This document shows, piece by piece, positions 1 through 14,003 of a stretch of DNA of 48,514 nucleotides; positions within the stretch are counted from its first letter, which is position 1, and each line of letters begins with the position of its first letter. A program made the translations under genes and the position numbers. The notes beneath the pieces are model-generated. The model did no database searches, was not told where the DNA came from, and saw only the letters and a program-made list of their open reading frames with translations. The DNA is from Bigelowiella natans CCMP2755 (taxonomy: Eukaryota; Protista; Cercozoa). The stretch is from positions 1 to 48,514 of the forward strand of contig ADNK01001824.1 in NCBI GenBank assembly GCA_000320545.1, given 5' to 3'.

Positions 1-84
<84 letters not shown>

Positions 85-514
85 CCCTCTCTCTTACCTG
101 CACGATGCGCATATTGACTGCCCGGTTATATGTTAACTTTGCTGTTATTTCCTCATCGTCCTCCTCCCTTCCGCATAATCTATCTCTTCTTCTAAAACCG
201 GACAACGCAAGGTGTCCTTCTTGGGGTCCCTCGCTCCTGTCTCTCCGAAGGATATCATCACGGGTGCTAAATCGACCGCCATTGTTTCCTTGTCGCGCCA
301 TACCTTTGGGTGCATCTTTTTCATCTAACTTATACAAATGGTGGTACGAGTAGTGATGATGACGTGCATGGGCACATCGCCTCTGAAACCACCACCACCA
401 CCACCACCACCTCTTCCTTATCTTGCGTGCTTGCTGCAGGGATTTACGATGGCTACGAAGATCAAGTGGAAAAGGAAGGGGGGGTAAGTCCAAAAACATA
501 TACAAATTTGTGTG

Positions 515-545
<31 letters not shown>

Positions 546-584
546 ATATCACACAAACGAACATACCCATAATACACACACAGC

Positions 585-623
<39 letters not shown>

Positions 624-709
624 CAATGTCCATTAATATTCATTTGCTTACGAAGCATTACCAGCGATATGTACAATCAGTAAACAAACGCTTGCTAACA
701 CAGTTGCTG

Positions 710-756
<47 letters not shown>

Positions 757-1055
757 ACATGCAAATGACAAGGGACCTCCTTTTTTGCCGACGTTTGCAA
801 GGGTGGAATTGAAGGTTACTTGCTGTCTTTTGTGGGGGCAACAAACACCCTCGTATTGTCACACAGCACAAGCACGTATATCTGATACCTCTTTACGTCC
901 TCCTCTTCCTCAAGATGCGAGAAGATGCTGATGATAGAAGGCTGCAAAACACGACTTTTGTCCTGACATCGGGTATTATTTTATCGGTCGGTGAGAAGGA
1001 GGAACAACGGGGAGTTTTTACCCTAAAAAGGGAGTACTAATCTTGCACACGCACA

Positions 1056-1107
<52 letters not shown>

Positions 1108-1170
1108 GAACGTTAGCAGCATGTTTCTTCCCCTAGCTAGGTGATGATATACATATAATTATTATATATG

Positions 1171-1210
<40 letters not shown>

Positions 1211-1452
1211 TATGAAAGAAGAATGAATGAATGAATGAATGAATGAATGTGTCAGGCAAGAAAATGGGCGTGAGGGAGTCCTATATCAAGCTCTATTTCC
1301 ACTCCTCCTCCTCCTCCTCCTTACGTGGCAACGAACACAAGTGTAGCGCGGGAAGAGCTCCGCCCCTCCTAGGATTCGAAGAAAGGTGGTGATGATCGAT
1401 TGTTGCTTGCCATCATGGATTGTATCTTATAATTGCAATGCATGCACACACA

Positions 1453-1490
<38 letters not shown>

Positions 1491-1693
1491 TATGTGTGCA
1501 TGTATATTTATACACATATGCATACATGTGTGCATTATATGATATTTTGTAAAATGTTGGTGCTGCGCAATAACAGTGTCTTTGCTCTCCCAACTTTAGC
1601 GAATGTTGGCCCGAATTCGTCCATTTTCATATCCAAGGAGGAGGAGGTTAGTAAGAGTAGCCAAACCAGCTGAAAGCAATTCATTGCAAACGA

Positions 1694-1727
<34 letters not shown>

Positions 1728-2414
1728 ACATATTACATGAAGGCGGCCTTGGAACATCACCTTCCCCCCCCTCCATAACGGTGGCGACAAGAGAAGGGGT
1801 GGCAAAGAAGGCGTGGGAGGCTGGTACTACGAAAGGTTGGGAGGAATATCGAGAGGAGCAGAAGGCATCCGCACCATCCCAACCAGCAGCAGAAGGACCA
1901 GAGCATTTGTCGCATCAGCAAGCTCAATCCACAACTGCCTCCTCCTCCTCCTCCTCCTCTTCAAGCGGGGATCGGCAAGTTCGGCGGCACTTCGTTCTGA
2001 GAAAGCCAGGTATTACATGATACTACTACTACCACTACTACTACTAATACTATCACTGCTCGTTCCTATCCCTCTTGACTCCCTCCTTCCGCCCCCCCCC
2101 CCCCCGTTTGGCTTCTCCATCCTTACATATCCAACTCTTTTTCTGCCGCCTATTTTCATGGGGTGTGCAACACCTCGTGGCTATTGGCGGGTGAGAGTGG
2201 TGAAGATCTCACACATGCACGCGTCTTCGTTGTCATTGCTGTACACGACGCAATCACCACCTTCTTCTTCTTCTTCTACTATAACTACTACTGCTGCCGC
2301 TGCTGCTGCTACTTTGTAGGAAGAGGAGCGTACGACCACTTGATAACAGCTATTGTAAGGGAGGACAAGTAAGAGTACAGTAATCCTGCAGTATGAGAAC
2401 GGCCATGATATATA

Positions 2415-2486
<72 letters not shown>

Positions 2487-2559
2487 CGCGAACTGTGAAT
2501 GAGAACATATCTCCTCTTTAAGCTGCCTGCACCGACTCCTCACTCTATGGTCCGCATGA
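1..2559 (+). CDS. 3' part of a multi-exon gene of unknown function (5' end outside the window)
   Basis: Non-repetitive blocks are flanked by + strand AG/GT sites between microsatellite introns (e.g. gcag|ggatttac...gggg|gtaagt at ~440-490; gtag|gaagagg...gacaa|gtaaga at ~2320-2373). The last exons read GRGAYDHLITAIVRED-N-CLHRLLTLWSA*, with TGA at 2557-2559. No family recognised; the frames of the early exons are uncertain. Confidence 0.55.
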
Positions 2560-3060
2560 TGATTGTTTCTTGTAATACAATTGCACAAGGGCATCGTTCC
2601 CCTCCACAAGATCGCTCCTAGCTTCCTGGGAGGTATTGTTATCACCATTATTGTTACCATTAAAAGCTATAGATTTATATTGCAATGCATTTTTTTTTTT
2701 TTAATAATTTAGTAAAATATGTGAAACAACTCCTCCTTCGGCTGAAGGGACAACTTTGTTCTTCCACATGGACTAATCACTTACCTGCGCAGGTGTGGGA
2801 TCCCGTGATTAATCAAGCGGAGCAGAACTCGATGACACACATTAGGTTGGAGAATCATCAGTCGTTGGCTTTCTTTAAAGATGGCATTTAGAAACTTACA
2901 GATTATACTTATGAAAAGCATTTAGGTCCCCTTCACCTTTAACTGACGACCTCGGGTGGTCATTGTTGGTTTTTGTTTGATTCTACCCAGATACTCACCT
3001 GATTTCTTCGACAATTCGGAAGAACTCCAGCGCCGTCAACACCAGCGTGACGAGCTGTAA

Positions 3061-3152
3061 ACATCATTCTTTTTCAGCAATGATGTCAAATGCGTGCACA
3101 ACTGTCGCCCCCTTCATGGCGCACAACCAACCATACATGCGAGCTGTGCATG

Positions 3153-3192
<40 letters not shown>

Positions 3193-3515
3193 CTATGGGG
3201 ACGGAGTTTAAAATGAAACTTGTCTTGTAGCGTATGCACGTCTGCAACATCTTATTGGCTATATTGATGCGTGGTTAAACGCAATATTAAATATGGAAGT
3301 AGAAGTCATATGGTACTAGAGTACATGTGGCGCTGCGCTGGCGACCGCGCTAGCGCATATACATGTAAATCTAGATATGTGAAAGGATAGAACTTCGTGC
3401 ATCAAAAATCCTGTCTAAAGCTCTAGAGCCGCACATAACACACATGGCTAATTAGTAGTTTAACGTAGTCGTGCGTGCAATGCTGCACATTGCAGCATTG
3501 CTCTAGCTAGCTAAT
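3061..3515. repeat. repeat modules 2 (3061-3153) and 3 (3346-3515) in the gene-1/alpha-kinase convergent spacer
   Basis: tgatgtcaaatg..tgcacaa..ctgtc...agctgtgcatgg is shared with 28519-28561. cgcgctagc..atat..atg.a.atct.ga.atgt, c.tggctaa.tag, c.tgcgtgca and tctagctagct.at are shared in the same order with 28132-28329. Confidence 0.7.
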
Positions 3516-3749
3516 CTAACTAGCATTCGAAAATTGCTGTCCAGCTAGCCAGTGCATACATGTGTATGCACATATGGGCTTGATATACCTAGGTAGCTAA
3601 ATGCACAATATATACACATACATGCTATATTTGTATTTATATGTATGTGTGTACATGAGGACCAGAATTTAAAATTATGTTAAGGTGACAAATGGAACAA
3701 GTAAGCACTAGAGCAGCAATAATATCAAATGACTGAAGGTATTGAATGA

Positions 3750-5115
3750 CTAAAGCAACGCGCAATTACAGCAGGTCCCAGTCTCCTTGTTCTTCGAGAT
3801 TAGAGGCTCTTTCATTCTTCTCGTGTTCTTGAAGGCTGGCAGCTTCGGCAGGGCATTGAGGGACCCAGAAAAACCAAGCTTGACGTTCTCAACTTGGTCG
3901 TTTTCCATTAGAGCTTTCTGCGGAACCGTGAGCAACTCTTTCTTGGGGTCCTTTGGGTTGATTAAGGGCAGTTTCAGGAACTTGCAGACAGCATTGCAGC
4001 GATGTGTCGAGAAGAACTTCCGAAAGCCTCGCTTCCCCATGTTCCCCTTTCCGTACCCCCTCCCGTCTATAGAATGGATCTGTGGATCTGTGTAAATGTC
4101 TGCCACTCCTTGAATATCACAGATCAGCAGCTGATGCTGGGAGGCCTCATAGGTGAAATGGCTGAAGGCGTGAGGGGTGTTGCGCTCATGCTTGTTGTTA
4201 ATGAACCCCCAGTTGTTGTTGTGCTTTTTGTAGGTCCCGTCTATATACCGTTCCACGGCGCATAACGGGGCACGCGGACGATCTATCAATGAGATGACGA
4301 AGGCCTCCACAAACTCTACCCTCTTTGGGGGGTTGTAGCGATTGTACATCTTCGCGTACTCGCTCGCGCATTGTTGCGTTGCAACATCGTCGAGGTAATT
4401 CTTTGGATCTTCGAAAGGATCGATAGAGATTTTGGCGACATAATGTTCCTTTACACCATCCTTGGATAAGCATGCCAACATATGGTGGGCAAGGCGAAGG
4501 TTTCCGCGTGCGAATGGAGTGGGGTCAATCTTGACCTCCAGCACCTCTCCAAAGGAGTCAAAGCGCCCCTCTTCAAGGTTGAACTTGAGCATTCTAGCTC
4601 GTTGGGTTGGAATTTTAGAAAAGTCTGGAAGATTCTCATGACCAAACTTCGTAAGCTTTGTGTCGACCAAGGTTCTATATTTTTCACTAACAACGCTCCC
4701 AGCGGCAACAGACCGCTTGTGCTGCGTTACGTCACGTAATGGAGGTACACTTCCCGCCGGGGGCTCATCTTCCTCCGCTTTATTTTCCCCAGAATTATTC
4801 TTTATCTTGGTCCCTGTCAGCTCATCTACAAGCTGCTGTTTGCGAACTTCATACTGAGTTACAAAGCATAACAGTCCTCGTCATGTTCGAAGGCGAAATT
4901 GAAAAGGTTCATTAAAAAATCTCCTTGGAGTTAGTCCGAAACACCAACGCATGTAAAAATTTGCCAGTGGGTAAATTTACCTCTGGTTTTGCGATGATGT
5001 GAAGCTTAGAGAGTTTAGTTAAATCGTTAAGGCGGTTCCAAACGTCCTCAGATTTATCGGCCTCTTCCTCTTCTTCCGCGGAGTAAGAGTGGTGGTGGGA
5101 CACAATGATCGACAT
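3750..5115 (-). CDS. alpha-kinase (eEF2K/myosin heavy chain kinase family), ~412 aa, 2 exons (5115-4981, 4853-3750), C-terminal CaaX motif
   Basis: Alpha-kinase motifs: PFARGNLRLAHHM, YVAK, VERYIDGTYKKHNNNWG, PHAFSHFTYEAS..LLICDIQGV, YTDPQIHS, GKGNMG and the zinc-binding HRCNAVC. A phase-0 GT-AG intron (4980-4854) joins the exons in frame. The protein ends TCCNCALL*. Confidence 0.93.
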
Positions 5116-5665
5116 TTTGGACAATCTCAAGCCAGTTGAATATGGCGAGGTAACCAGGCGAGAAAGTATGCACCTACCCCCTACCAACAAAGATGGGGGA
5201 TGGCTTGGCTTTTTCCCGGTGGGTGAGTTGGGGACTGCACAGAACGAGGAAGAGGAACCCTAAGAAATTAAGGAAAATAGGTGGTTTTATTTCTACGACA
5301 ACCCAAAATGTGCTGCACTGTATCCTCCGGGTCCAATATAGACACTTCAATACCACCTGATCAAGAGTCTCAAAAGTCAATCTTTTGAGTAGTAATATTT
5401 GTGAAAAGGGTTCAATAATTAGTTTGATACAGCCTTGTAAAGATTAGATAGACATCAAATAAATATTGTTTCATAAATATTTAGCAGATTTATTTACATT
5501 TCGGAAACTTTCATGGCGAGAATATCAGACTGAAAAAAATACCGTTGGTGTACTGGAGACTGGAGCGACCTAGGTGCACCCGCTTCTATCAAAACCCCTT
5601 TCTTTATCGTTAAAATATTAATCATTTATAAACCATCGTTTATAACATACGACATCCACAATTTC

Positions 5666-8351
5666 ATGTCGCAAATTAAGAATCCGCTTGGAGTTGCCAG
5701 GAGGCGTTTCCCGTTGTTTTTCAAATCATCGACATCGCCAGTATTTTCAGCAATATGCAATAAATCATTCCTAATTTACTGTACGACATACCTATATTGA
5801 TCTATTTGCAGTCAAAAACGGGATAAATCACAGCTTGAATCATCTTCTGCAACGGCTGCGTTCGGTTATTCTGTCGAAAAAAAGTGTGCACTGGGTGTTC
5901 GCTGAGGCCTTGTGTCTCTCCTTCACAGTTCTTAACGGCGCGTTTCCTCACTCTGCGTCTCTGAAAAGAGAGGTTAATTGAAGACGAGAATGTTGAAGAA
6001 GGGCCACAAGCCACGCTCGCTGGCGAAAAAGAAAAAGCACCACCTCGTAGATACCCATGCTCTACTCCGAGGGTAAATGACAATAATACCGAATTCTGAG
6101 ACATGACAAACGCCCTCGTGTTGAATGGAATCAAAATAGAGAATCTCTTAAGGAAGTTATCATAAATAAGACTATTTTCAGGGTTACGAGCAAGTCAAAG
6201 AATGGGCTATCACCATCATCAGGGAGTCCAAAAGGCACCTGCTTCCAGGATCTTGCCCCATTTAAGAAAATACTGTCTCCTCCAGACAAAACCGTTCCCA
6301 CAAGGTAGAAATCAAGTGTGGATACCGCTATGTTTCCAAATGGTTTGGATGCTAAATGCTGTGTTTCATGAAGGTCCACCGTGAAAAATTCACTTGAACG
6401 TCCTGGAAGACACTCGAAAAATCTGGCCGGACCAGAGGTATCCAACCACACATTCTTTCCCTCACATTCCTCTTCTTCCATGAACATTCTTATCTCTTCT
6501 CAGCAACGAAGAGGCGTAGGCATAATGTAATCGCCAACTCTTATCTTGCCTTTTGTAGGGTTCTATGAATTCGAAAGCTAAAATCGCTCTCACATCTCCG
6601 AAGAATCTGACCAAAAGTCACTTCAAGTTCCAGCCTAGCGCTGCCGAAAGGTCCTTTAATAAACGGCAAGCGATATCGCTTGTTGCACAAAATTTTTAGC
6701 CAGATAGACAGCTATGAAGCTCCAATGATCTGTGCTGCTCAACTCCCCTTAGACAATGCTGCAGGGCAGAAGAACCCATTACTTTCTTGAGATGCATAAA
6801 ATCCCTGCGTTGCATGTGTTCAAAGATTTAAACTGTACTTCTGTCTGTTACGTATTCGACGATGAATCCTCCTACTCAGAAGCCCAACAGCAACAAAGCG
6901 AGCATTCGGATTTGATGAATCCCTCATGATGGGACTGGGAAGAAAGTCGCCCAAACAGTCGAAGAACAGGCGTAGCATCGTTTCTCTCAACAAGCCCTAC
7001 CGAGTAGAACCCGCTGAGTATCTTAAAGCTCCTGAGAGAATAATGCATCCACTTCTGGAGGAAGACCACGTAGCGCAGGTAGAAGGCCCTGAAGACAGCA
7101 GGAAAGAGCGAGTAGAGCGAATGGGCTGCCGTTTGCCAATTTGTAACGTTCCGTTATTTGTTTGTGATTTTTAGAGTAACAACCTCAGAGGGATTGATAC
7201 ATTGCTGCGGAAAAGGGTACATCGAATTGCTACCGCTCATACAGCCGCTAAAAAAGATAAATACCATATTCCGCCACCATTCTTCCGTCACTATCATCAT
7301 CATCATTGCCATTGTTTTTCTCATTGTGACAATTTATTATTAGCTGGTAGATTACTCGCAGAAAGCAGATGCATGCCGTCGCGAGAGCCGGCTAAGAGGT
7401 CGATGATAATACCTGTATCATCATCAATATAGAGAAGCGTTTGGTCCTCGATAACTAGTTTTGTGCTGACTCCAATCAATTTGGACAAATCAGGGGAAGG
7501 ACACGCATATTTCTGCATGGGAGTGATTCACGACAACCTGAAAGAGTTTGGTAAAGCAATCATCCAATACGAAAAATTCGTAGAAATATGTAGTCAGATT
7601 GACGACACATTTGGAGAAGCGCTCGCTCACAACTGCCTAGGTAAGGCCTTCTTACCCTCTTATTATCTCTTGTGCTTTCAATCAATATTTTCACTGTTTT
7701 CTGGTCTATACATTCTAGGAATTTCCTTGTACATGAAGGCGATGAGGAGCGAAGAAAAGAAAGGTATAGAAAAAGCTATTTATTTTGAAGAACTTCTTTA
7801 AATTCGTTCCCTTTCTCATATACCTTTCCTCCTTCTATGCAAAAAAGCAGAATTAATCTCGAAGGCGATCCAGAGCCACGGAAAGCATCGTGAATTGGGA
7901 GATATTAGAGGGAAGTTCATCGCGCACACAAACATAGGAATCTTGTACGACTTCCTAGGTGACATGGGTCAATCAATAAAGCATCATGAAAGTGCGTTGA
8001 AATTCTCGATAAAGCTGGGCGATGGTCTTCTCCAGGTTGTTGCGATTTTCTTGCCATACGACTCCCTTTACTTGCTCAGCACAGAACTTTGATCGAGAGA
8101 AGCTCCTATTCACCGTGCCACCACCACCAAACTAGGCAACAGCGGTCGGGCATTTGGGGCTGGCGGGATGCACGCATAAGGATTATCAATCTGCACGCGC
8201 TTGTATGGAACGCCACCTAGAACTTGTGACTCATATGGGTGACGATGCGGCAAGGGAGGAAGCTCTTCTGCACTTGGGATACATCTCAAAGATGCAAGTA
8301 GTAACGTATTTATTTTGTTTTAAATTGGTATTCAAAATATGTCACGAGTGG

Positions 8352-8406
<55 letters not shown>

Positions 8407-8749
8407 GGGGGGGGGAGAGAGAGAGAGAGGATAACAAGGATTTTTGTGTATTGAGGTGGGTGTACATGTAATATTGTATGCAACCAGTTGATATGTATTG
8501 TTCTTGACCTAAACAGAGCGATAGCAAAGCCGCAGCAACGTATTATCAACAAGCTTTAGAATCAGCGAAAGCGAGCCAAAATTCAAAGAATGTGTCTATC
8601 GCGAAGGTTGCGTTTTGTTTTCCTTGTAGCGGGTCGATGTCACTTACATATTGGTGTTGTTCGATTTTCAGGTTCAAATAGGAATTATAATGGGCAATGC
8701 GATGATGCAAGAGCATATGGCAGAGATTTGTGCATCGTTCGGTGTGTAG
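5666..8749 (+). CDS. multi-exon tetratricopeptide-repeat (TPR) protein with a low-complexity N-terminus
   Basis: Spliced TPR-like repeats: EGHAYFCMGVIHDNLKEFGKAIIQYEKFVEICSQIDDTFGEALAHNCLG, AHTNIGILYDFLGDMGQSIKHHESALKFS, AVGHLGLAGCTHKDYQSARACMERHLEL, AATYYQQALESAK. Introns are GT-AG and the stop is TAG at 8747-8749. The start (ATG 5666) and 5' exons are less certain. Confidence 0.8.
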
Positions 8750-9516
8750 GGTCTGATCCAAGCTTGGAGCGGGTTCAGGGAATTCGCACGCAGGGAAGGC
8801 AGCGTGTTTTCGTTCTAAACGGAGAAACACACACTTAGTACTCCCTATCGCCATTGTACCGCACATGCTCGACAAGCGTAAGGCCAAGAAGAATTCTTAA
8901 CAGTCCGTCAGTGCAATCGTTGCGCTAGCATTACTGAACAATGACGAGCAACACGCTGTTCGTTGAGATGTCATCAGATCGAATACATTCGTACCACGTT
9001 CAATCCAGGCATGGCATGAGCGCGGCCTTTCATTTGGCAATGCCGTAAATGCATTCAAAAGCTTGCTAAGAGGAGCACGTACAATGCTTACATGCTTCGT
9101 CGGGATGTGTGCACCCATCAACATGTGCCGAATGAAAAAGCTGGATTTGTGAGATCTGAATAATGGCAGCAGCATGCACATCTGACTCTTGTTTCAAATT
9201 CCCATCATGCTTGCACGTAGCAGTAGGAAAATACTCCAGTATTCACAACCCAAATTTTTAATCTACTGCGGACCTACTGCTGAAATAAATTGCTAGAATG
9301 ACATGGCAAAAATCATAGGCTCAGCGAGCACATGTTTTTTGTCAAAAACGATCTTTGTTAAAATGACATAGCAAAAAAATCGTCGCCAGAGCATCTGGCC
9401 ATTGCCTACATCGCACAATTTTCCGCCGCTGCTAGCTAGCTGTGATCTTGATTTTATTTTTCTGTGCGTTCTCAATCATTTTTATCATATTGATGCCAAC
9501 AAAGCAGAAATCTGCA

Positions 9517-9630
9517 AATGTAACTATGCAAAGCTACGGCTACAGCGCTTAAATTGTAAGTCTGTAAGCTCTTTGCATAGCCACATAAGGATGACCATTG
9601 AACAAATTTGAACGATTGATTACATCCGTC
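9517..9630. repeat. fold-back repeat module 1, copy in the TPR/CLK convergent spacer
   Basis: 9579-9630 matches the reverse complement of 19339-19390 at 44/52 (ungapped), and 9517-9549 matches 19382-19414 directly at 28/33. Internal inverted repeat ctatgcaaag (9524-9533) / ctttgcatag (9571-9580). Confidence 0.85.
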
Positions 9631-9792
9631 CTACCTATGCGCTATATCATTCGTACGTGCTAGTGCACATCATCAGCACACACATGGGTGTTCTCCTGCC
9701 ACTGCATTACATGTGGCGGCTGGTCAGGCATGCTATGCATTAGATTTGCACACATACATAATTATCTATATGGACTTGGCACAAGCAGGCTA

Positions 9793-9834
<42 letters not shown>

Positions 9835-10070
9835 AATGAAGATATGCGATGCATGGTTATCTCCTGATTCAATTAAATTCATGTCAGGGAGAAACACAGT
9901 TCATCCCGCACGGCAACTCTCCTTACACTGAGTACAATTCGTCGTCAGCTAGAGCACGCTTGCGAAAGCAGCAATGCCATAATAGTCAATGAATCGAACG
10001 CCTCCAGTGCTAATCCACACTTATATCCACATCTGCCGCACAACAGCCCCAGACCTCCCCACCTCCTCAC

Positions 10071-10770
10071 CTAGACGTCGTCATCGTCGTCATCAGGGCC
10101 GACTCTTGCACGCTTGTTCGTTTGTAGATGACTGTGATGTGGAGGCGGTTGGCGGCGACGGTCATGCTCAGGAACAAGCTCGCTGCGGGTACTGCCTTGG
10201 TAATTCTGCTGCTGCTGCTGCTGCTGCTGGTAGTGGTGATGATGGTGATAATTACGGTGAGCAGCTTGACTACTACGGCGTGCGTCAGCAGTCTTATGAA
10301 GGTTATTATTATCATCGTGGGGGTACTCGCTGTCGGGTCTGCTACCCGCACCCTGATATCGTCCACTACTGCGAGAAATAATTGGGAGCTGCTTTGGTGG
10401 AACGGCCTGGTTTTTTGTTGATGATGATGCAGGCTGATGGTTTGGATGGGAGGAGGAGGAGGAAGAGGGGTGCTGCTGCGAATGATGATGATGATGATGA
10501 TGGGAGGGGGGGTATTGCTGTTGTTGTTGTTGTTGTCGTGAATAGTGCGATTGGTGTGATGATGGTACTCCTCCTCGATAATGGTGCTGATGTTGTTGTC
10601 GTGGTATCTGTCTAGTAGTAGTAGTAGTAGTAGCTGCTGCTGCTGCTGCCGGGGGAACGTGACGAACATCACCTGTGCGATGATGATGATGATGATGATG
10701 ATGATGATAAGAAGCTGCTGCTGCTGCTGCTGCATCACCACGCTTAGAAACTACTACTCCTCCTGGTGTC

Positions 10771-10819
<49 letters not shown>

Positions 10820-11004
10820 TTTGATTTGTTGGGTTTTGTGGGAGGCGAGAGGAAGAGGAGGAAGAGGCGGTGTGAAAGAACGGGTGCATTAATGCCTCCT
10901 TGGCCGTGATTCTATCCTCAGGTTTCCAACGCAGCATTTTCCTTATCTAAGAAAAAGAATTACAGTCAATGTCGGCAGATGACGTATGCCATCATCCTCT
11001 TTCT

Positions 11005-11050
<46 letters not shown>

Positions 11051-11127
11051 TAATTTTTTCCTCTTCAAAAGTACTCTGCTCCCTGCGAGCGTCTATATGT
11101 GCATGATCGTCTGTATCACACACACAC

Positions 11128-11167
<40 letters not shown>

Positions 11168-12141
11168 GGGGGGCGGGGTAAAGAGGAAAAGTAGCAGCAC
11201 TATACCAAGTCCACGAATAAATGATCGCTGAACATCTCTTTCAGTCGTCGGCGCTGTCTCTCGACATGGGCCTGCCAACAATCATAAAACAACGAACAAC
11301 GTCAAGATTTACGCACTTGCATCGCACGTGCCAAAACTACACATCCTGTGCACGTCGCCATCCGTGTCCACATCAAATATTTTCAATGACACATGGAGAA
11401 CATTGAACAGTGCCAAAATGTGCAGCATATACCACCTTGCTCTGTGCACTCGAGGCTTTCGCCGGCCACGCGATGGTGCCGTTGCTGTGGACCAAAACCA
11501 TCGGGCTTTGCCCTTGAAAGGGGCGACGCCAACAGCAAACAACACCGACAAACAAAAACAACAGCAGCAGCAGCAATTAGTGGATGGATATGATAGGCCA
11601 CAAGGAACAAATGGCGAAGAATCGCTCTCCGCGAGAGAGAGACCGAACGTGATAAAAACCATTCGTCGTTCATTTGTTTCTTAGCTTCCCTTCCACCATG
11701 TAGATGGTAAAGGCAGGAGCGAAAAATGAAGAGAACGGCGAGAGGCAAGAAGAGCTGGAATATATTGGATTGATGCTCATCATACGGCGTACGAAAACCA
11801 CAGGGGAAGGGCATTGAGGAAGAAAATAGAAGGGAGAAAGAGAGAGAGGGAAGGGGGGAGAGATATATAAAGAGGCCTATGTGTCAGCGCTCCCTTGATC
11901 CTTGCATCATACCAGATTGAGTTGTTGTTGATGATGAAGGGGGGCGATTGAGCTTCAGGTGTTGCTTTCCCATTTCTAAGGGCATCTTCTCATCTAGTAT
12001 CTTCTCCATTAGAGCGAGGTGTTCCAGATCCTGGGGGGGGGGAATAGTCTGACAGGCAAATCCGACAGTGAGGAGGAGGAGGAGGAGGAGGAGGAGGAAG
12101 AGGAGGAGGAGGAGAATAACGTTTGCATGTTCTAGGATCCT

Positions 12142-12179
<38 letters not shown>

Positions 12180-12206
12180 TTTCTCTACAATCGCCGCCCA
12201 TCCTAG

Positions 12207-12239
<33 letters not shown>

Positions 12240-12971
12240 TATCACCTCGTGCGTGTCAAACAAGAGCCTGCCAGTGCGTAGTTCAGCCAGGATGCAACCC
12301 ACACTCCAAATATCAGCAGGGAATGACCAACCTTTACAACAGCAACAGCAGCAGCAGCAAGTGATTCATAGAACTGCAGAGGAGGAGGAGGAGGAGGAGG
12401 AGGAGGAGGAGGAAAATCTTCTTCCCACGCGTTCTTTTCCTATCACTCATGCTCTTCTCTCCACCAATCTGATAAAAAGGGAAGGATTAAACAGCCTTTC
12501 TTCTTACCTACATTGAGGATGACCTCCGGAGCACGATATTGCCTGGAGGGGGTACCAACAGCAATCGTGGCATTCATCAGTGGAAACAACGTCATCAAGG
12601 CTGCTGGTGGATCATCTACATCTACTGCATTGTGTACAAAAGAGAAAGAGGTGTGCACGTAGGCAACGTGCGGCGTCGTTGAAACCACCTCGTCGTAACG
12701 ACGCGCGAGTGATGATTGTGCTTCCATATCGCTGAGCCAAAGTCTATCAGCCGTATCCTGCCTGCGCACGTGACGCATATGCATATGATTGATTGGGCGG
12801 GGGGGAGACGTATTAGTGCGAAAATTGTAGTCGCGTGCATGAGGGTAGAGGTGCTCTTATTGACATCTGTACTTACTCGAAACAGGGACTTTGTAGTCGC
12901 TGAGGCCGCCGTTCCAATTCTTCTCGTATCGGTAGTCAGATCTCTCGAAAAGAATGTTCTGGGTACAACCA

Positions 12972-13013
<42 letters not shown>

Positions 13014-13971
13014 ATACTGCATAATTTGTGTGCTGTGTGCTGTGTGTGTGTGTGTGTGTCCTCTGTTCGTCTTCCCATCCACCCTCCTTCTCCTCCTCCT
13101 CCATCACTACCTCGGGTTTGATGTCAGTGTGGATCAGAGAGTGATGGTGGCAAAAACGCACACCATGCAACAACTGCGCCGCAAAATGCTGAACGTGAAC
13201 CTGATCGGTACACAACAAGGAGCTGAATATTTAAGCGGCGGGCAGGGGGGGAGGGGCTTATAGTGTTAAGGCGGCGTAGCAAACTAAAATGAAAGCATCC
13301 ACCACAGCAAATTAGTAGCAGCGCGCGTGATGGCGAGAAGAAGACAACATACCATGTGAAACCCTCTATATCTGTTGTCTCTGATAAAGCGGTGAAGGTC
13401 CCTGGAAACACAACAACAACACCATCGCGCATAGTCCGCAATCACGGTATGATTTGTGATAATATGTCCGCACAGCAACCGCTCATTTTAGATTCATGGA
13501 TTGGCTGAATTATTCGGAGCAGCAGCAGCAGCAGTGCGAAGAATCATACACACACACACACACACCTTCCCAGTCGTTCAAAAACGATACCAATGTGCCG
13601 TTTTCCCTTGTGTGTCATCTCGAAGGCATTGTAGAGACGAACGCACCGGCATTCCCTGTTGTTGTTGTTGTTATTGTTGTTGTTGTTGTTATTGGCTTTC
13701 GTCAAAAGCAGGCGGTGATGGGCTGGGTTTCGTGACCGAAGAATCGAAGACAAATAACGGCGTAGTAGGCTATTATTCTTCAACATTGTGCTTAAGATAC
13801 TACAACCAACCACTACTACCGCTACCTCTTAGGGTCTAGCTCTGAGATTCGACGAAGAATTTCCACCTGAGGAAGGAAACACCATGACAAAACTTTACTC
13901 AATTTTATCGATACGCATGCCCTATTTTGGGTCTTCTTTTTTCAGGATATACGCCTACATGATATCATCAC

Positions 13972-14003
<32 letters not shown>

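Noticed and set aside
2779-2900. U1 snRNA-like start ACTTACCTG followed by a small stem-loop
   Set aside because: The loop GATTAATCAA deviates from GATCANGAAG, and there is no ATTGCAC loop II or Sm site. It is better read as a minus-strand donor site.
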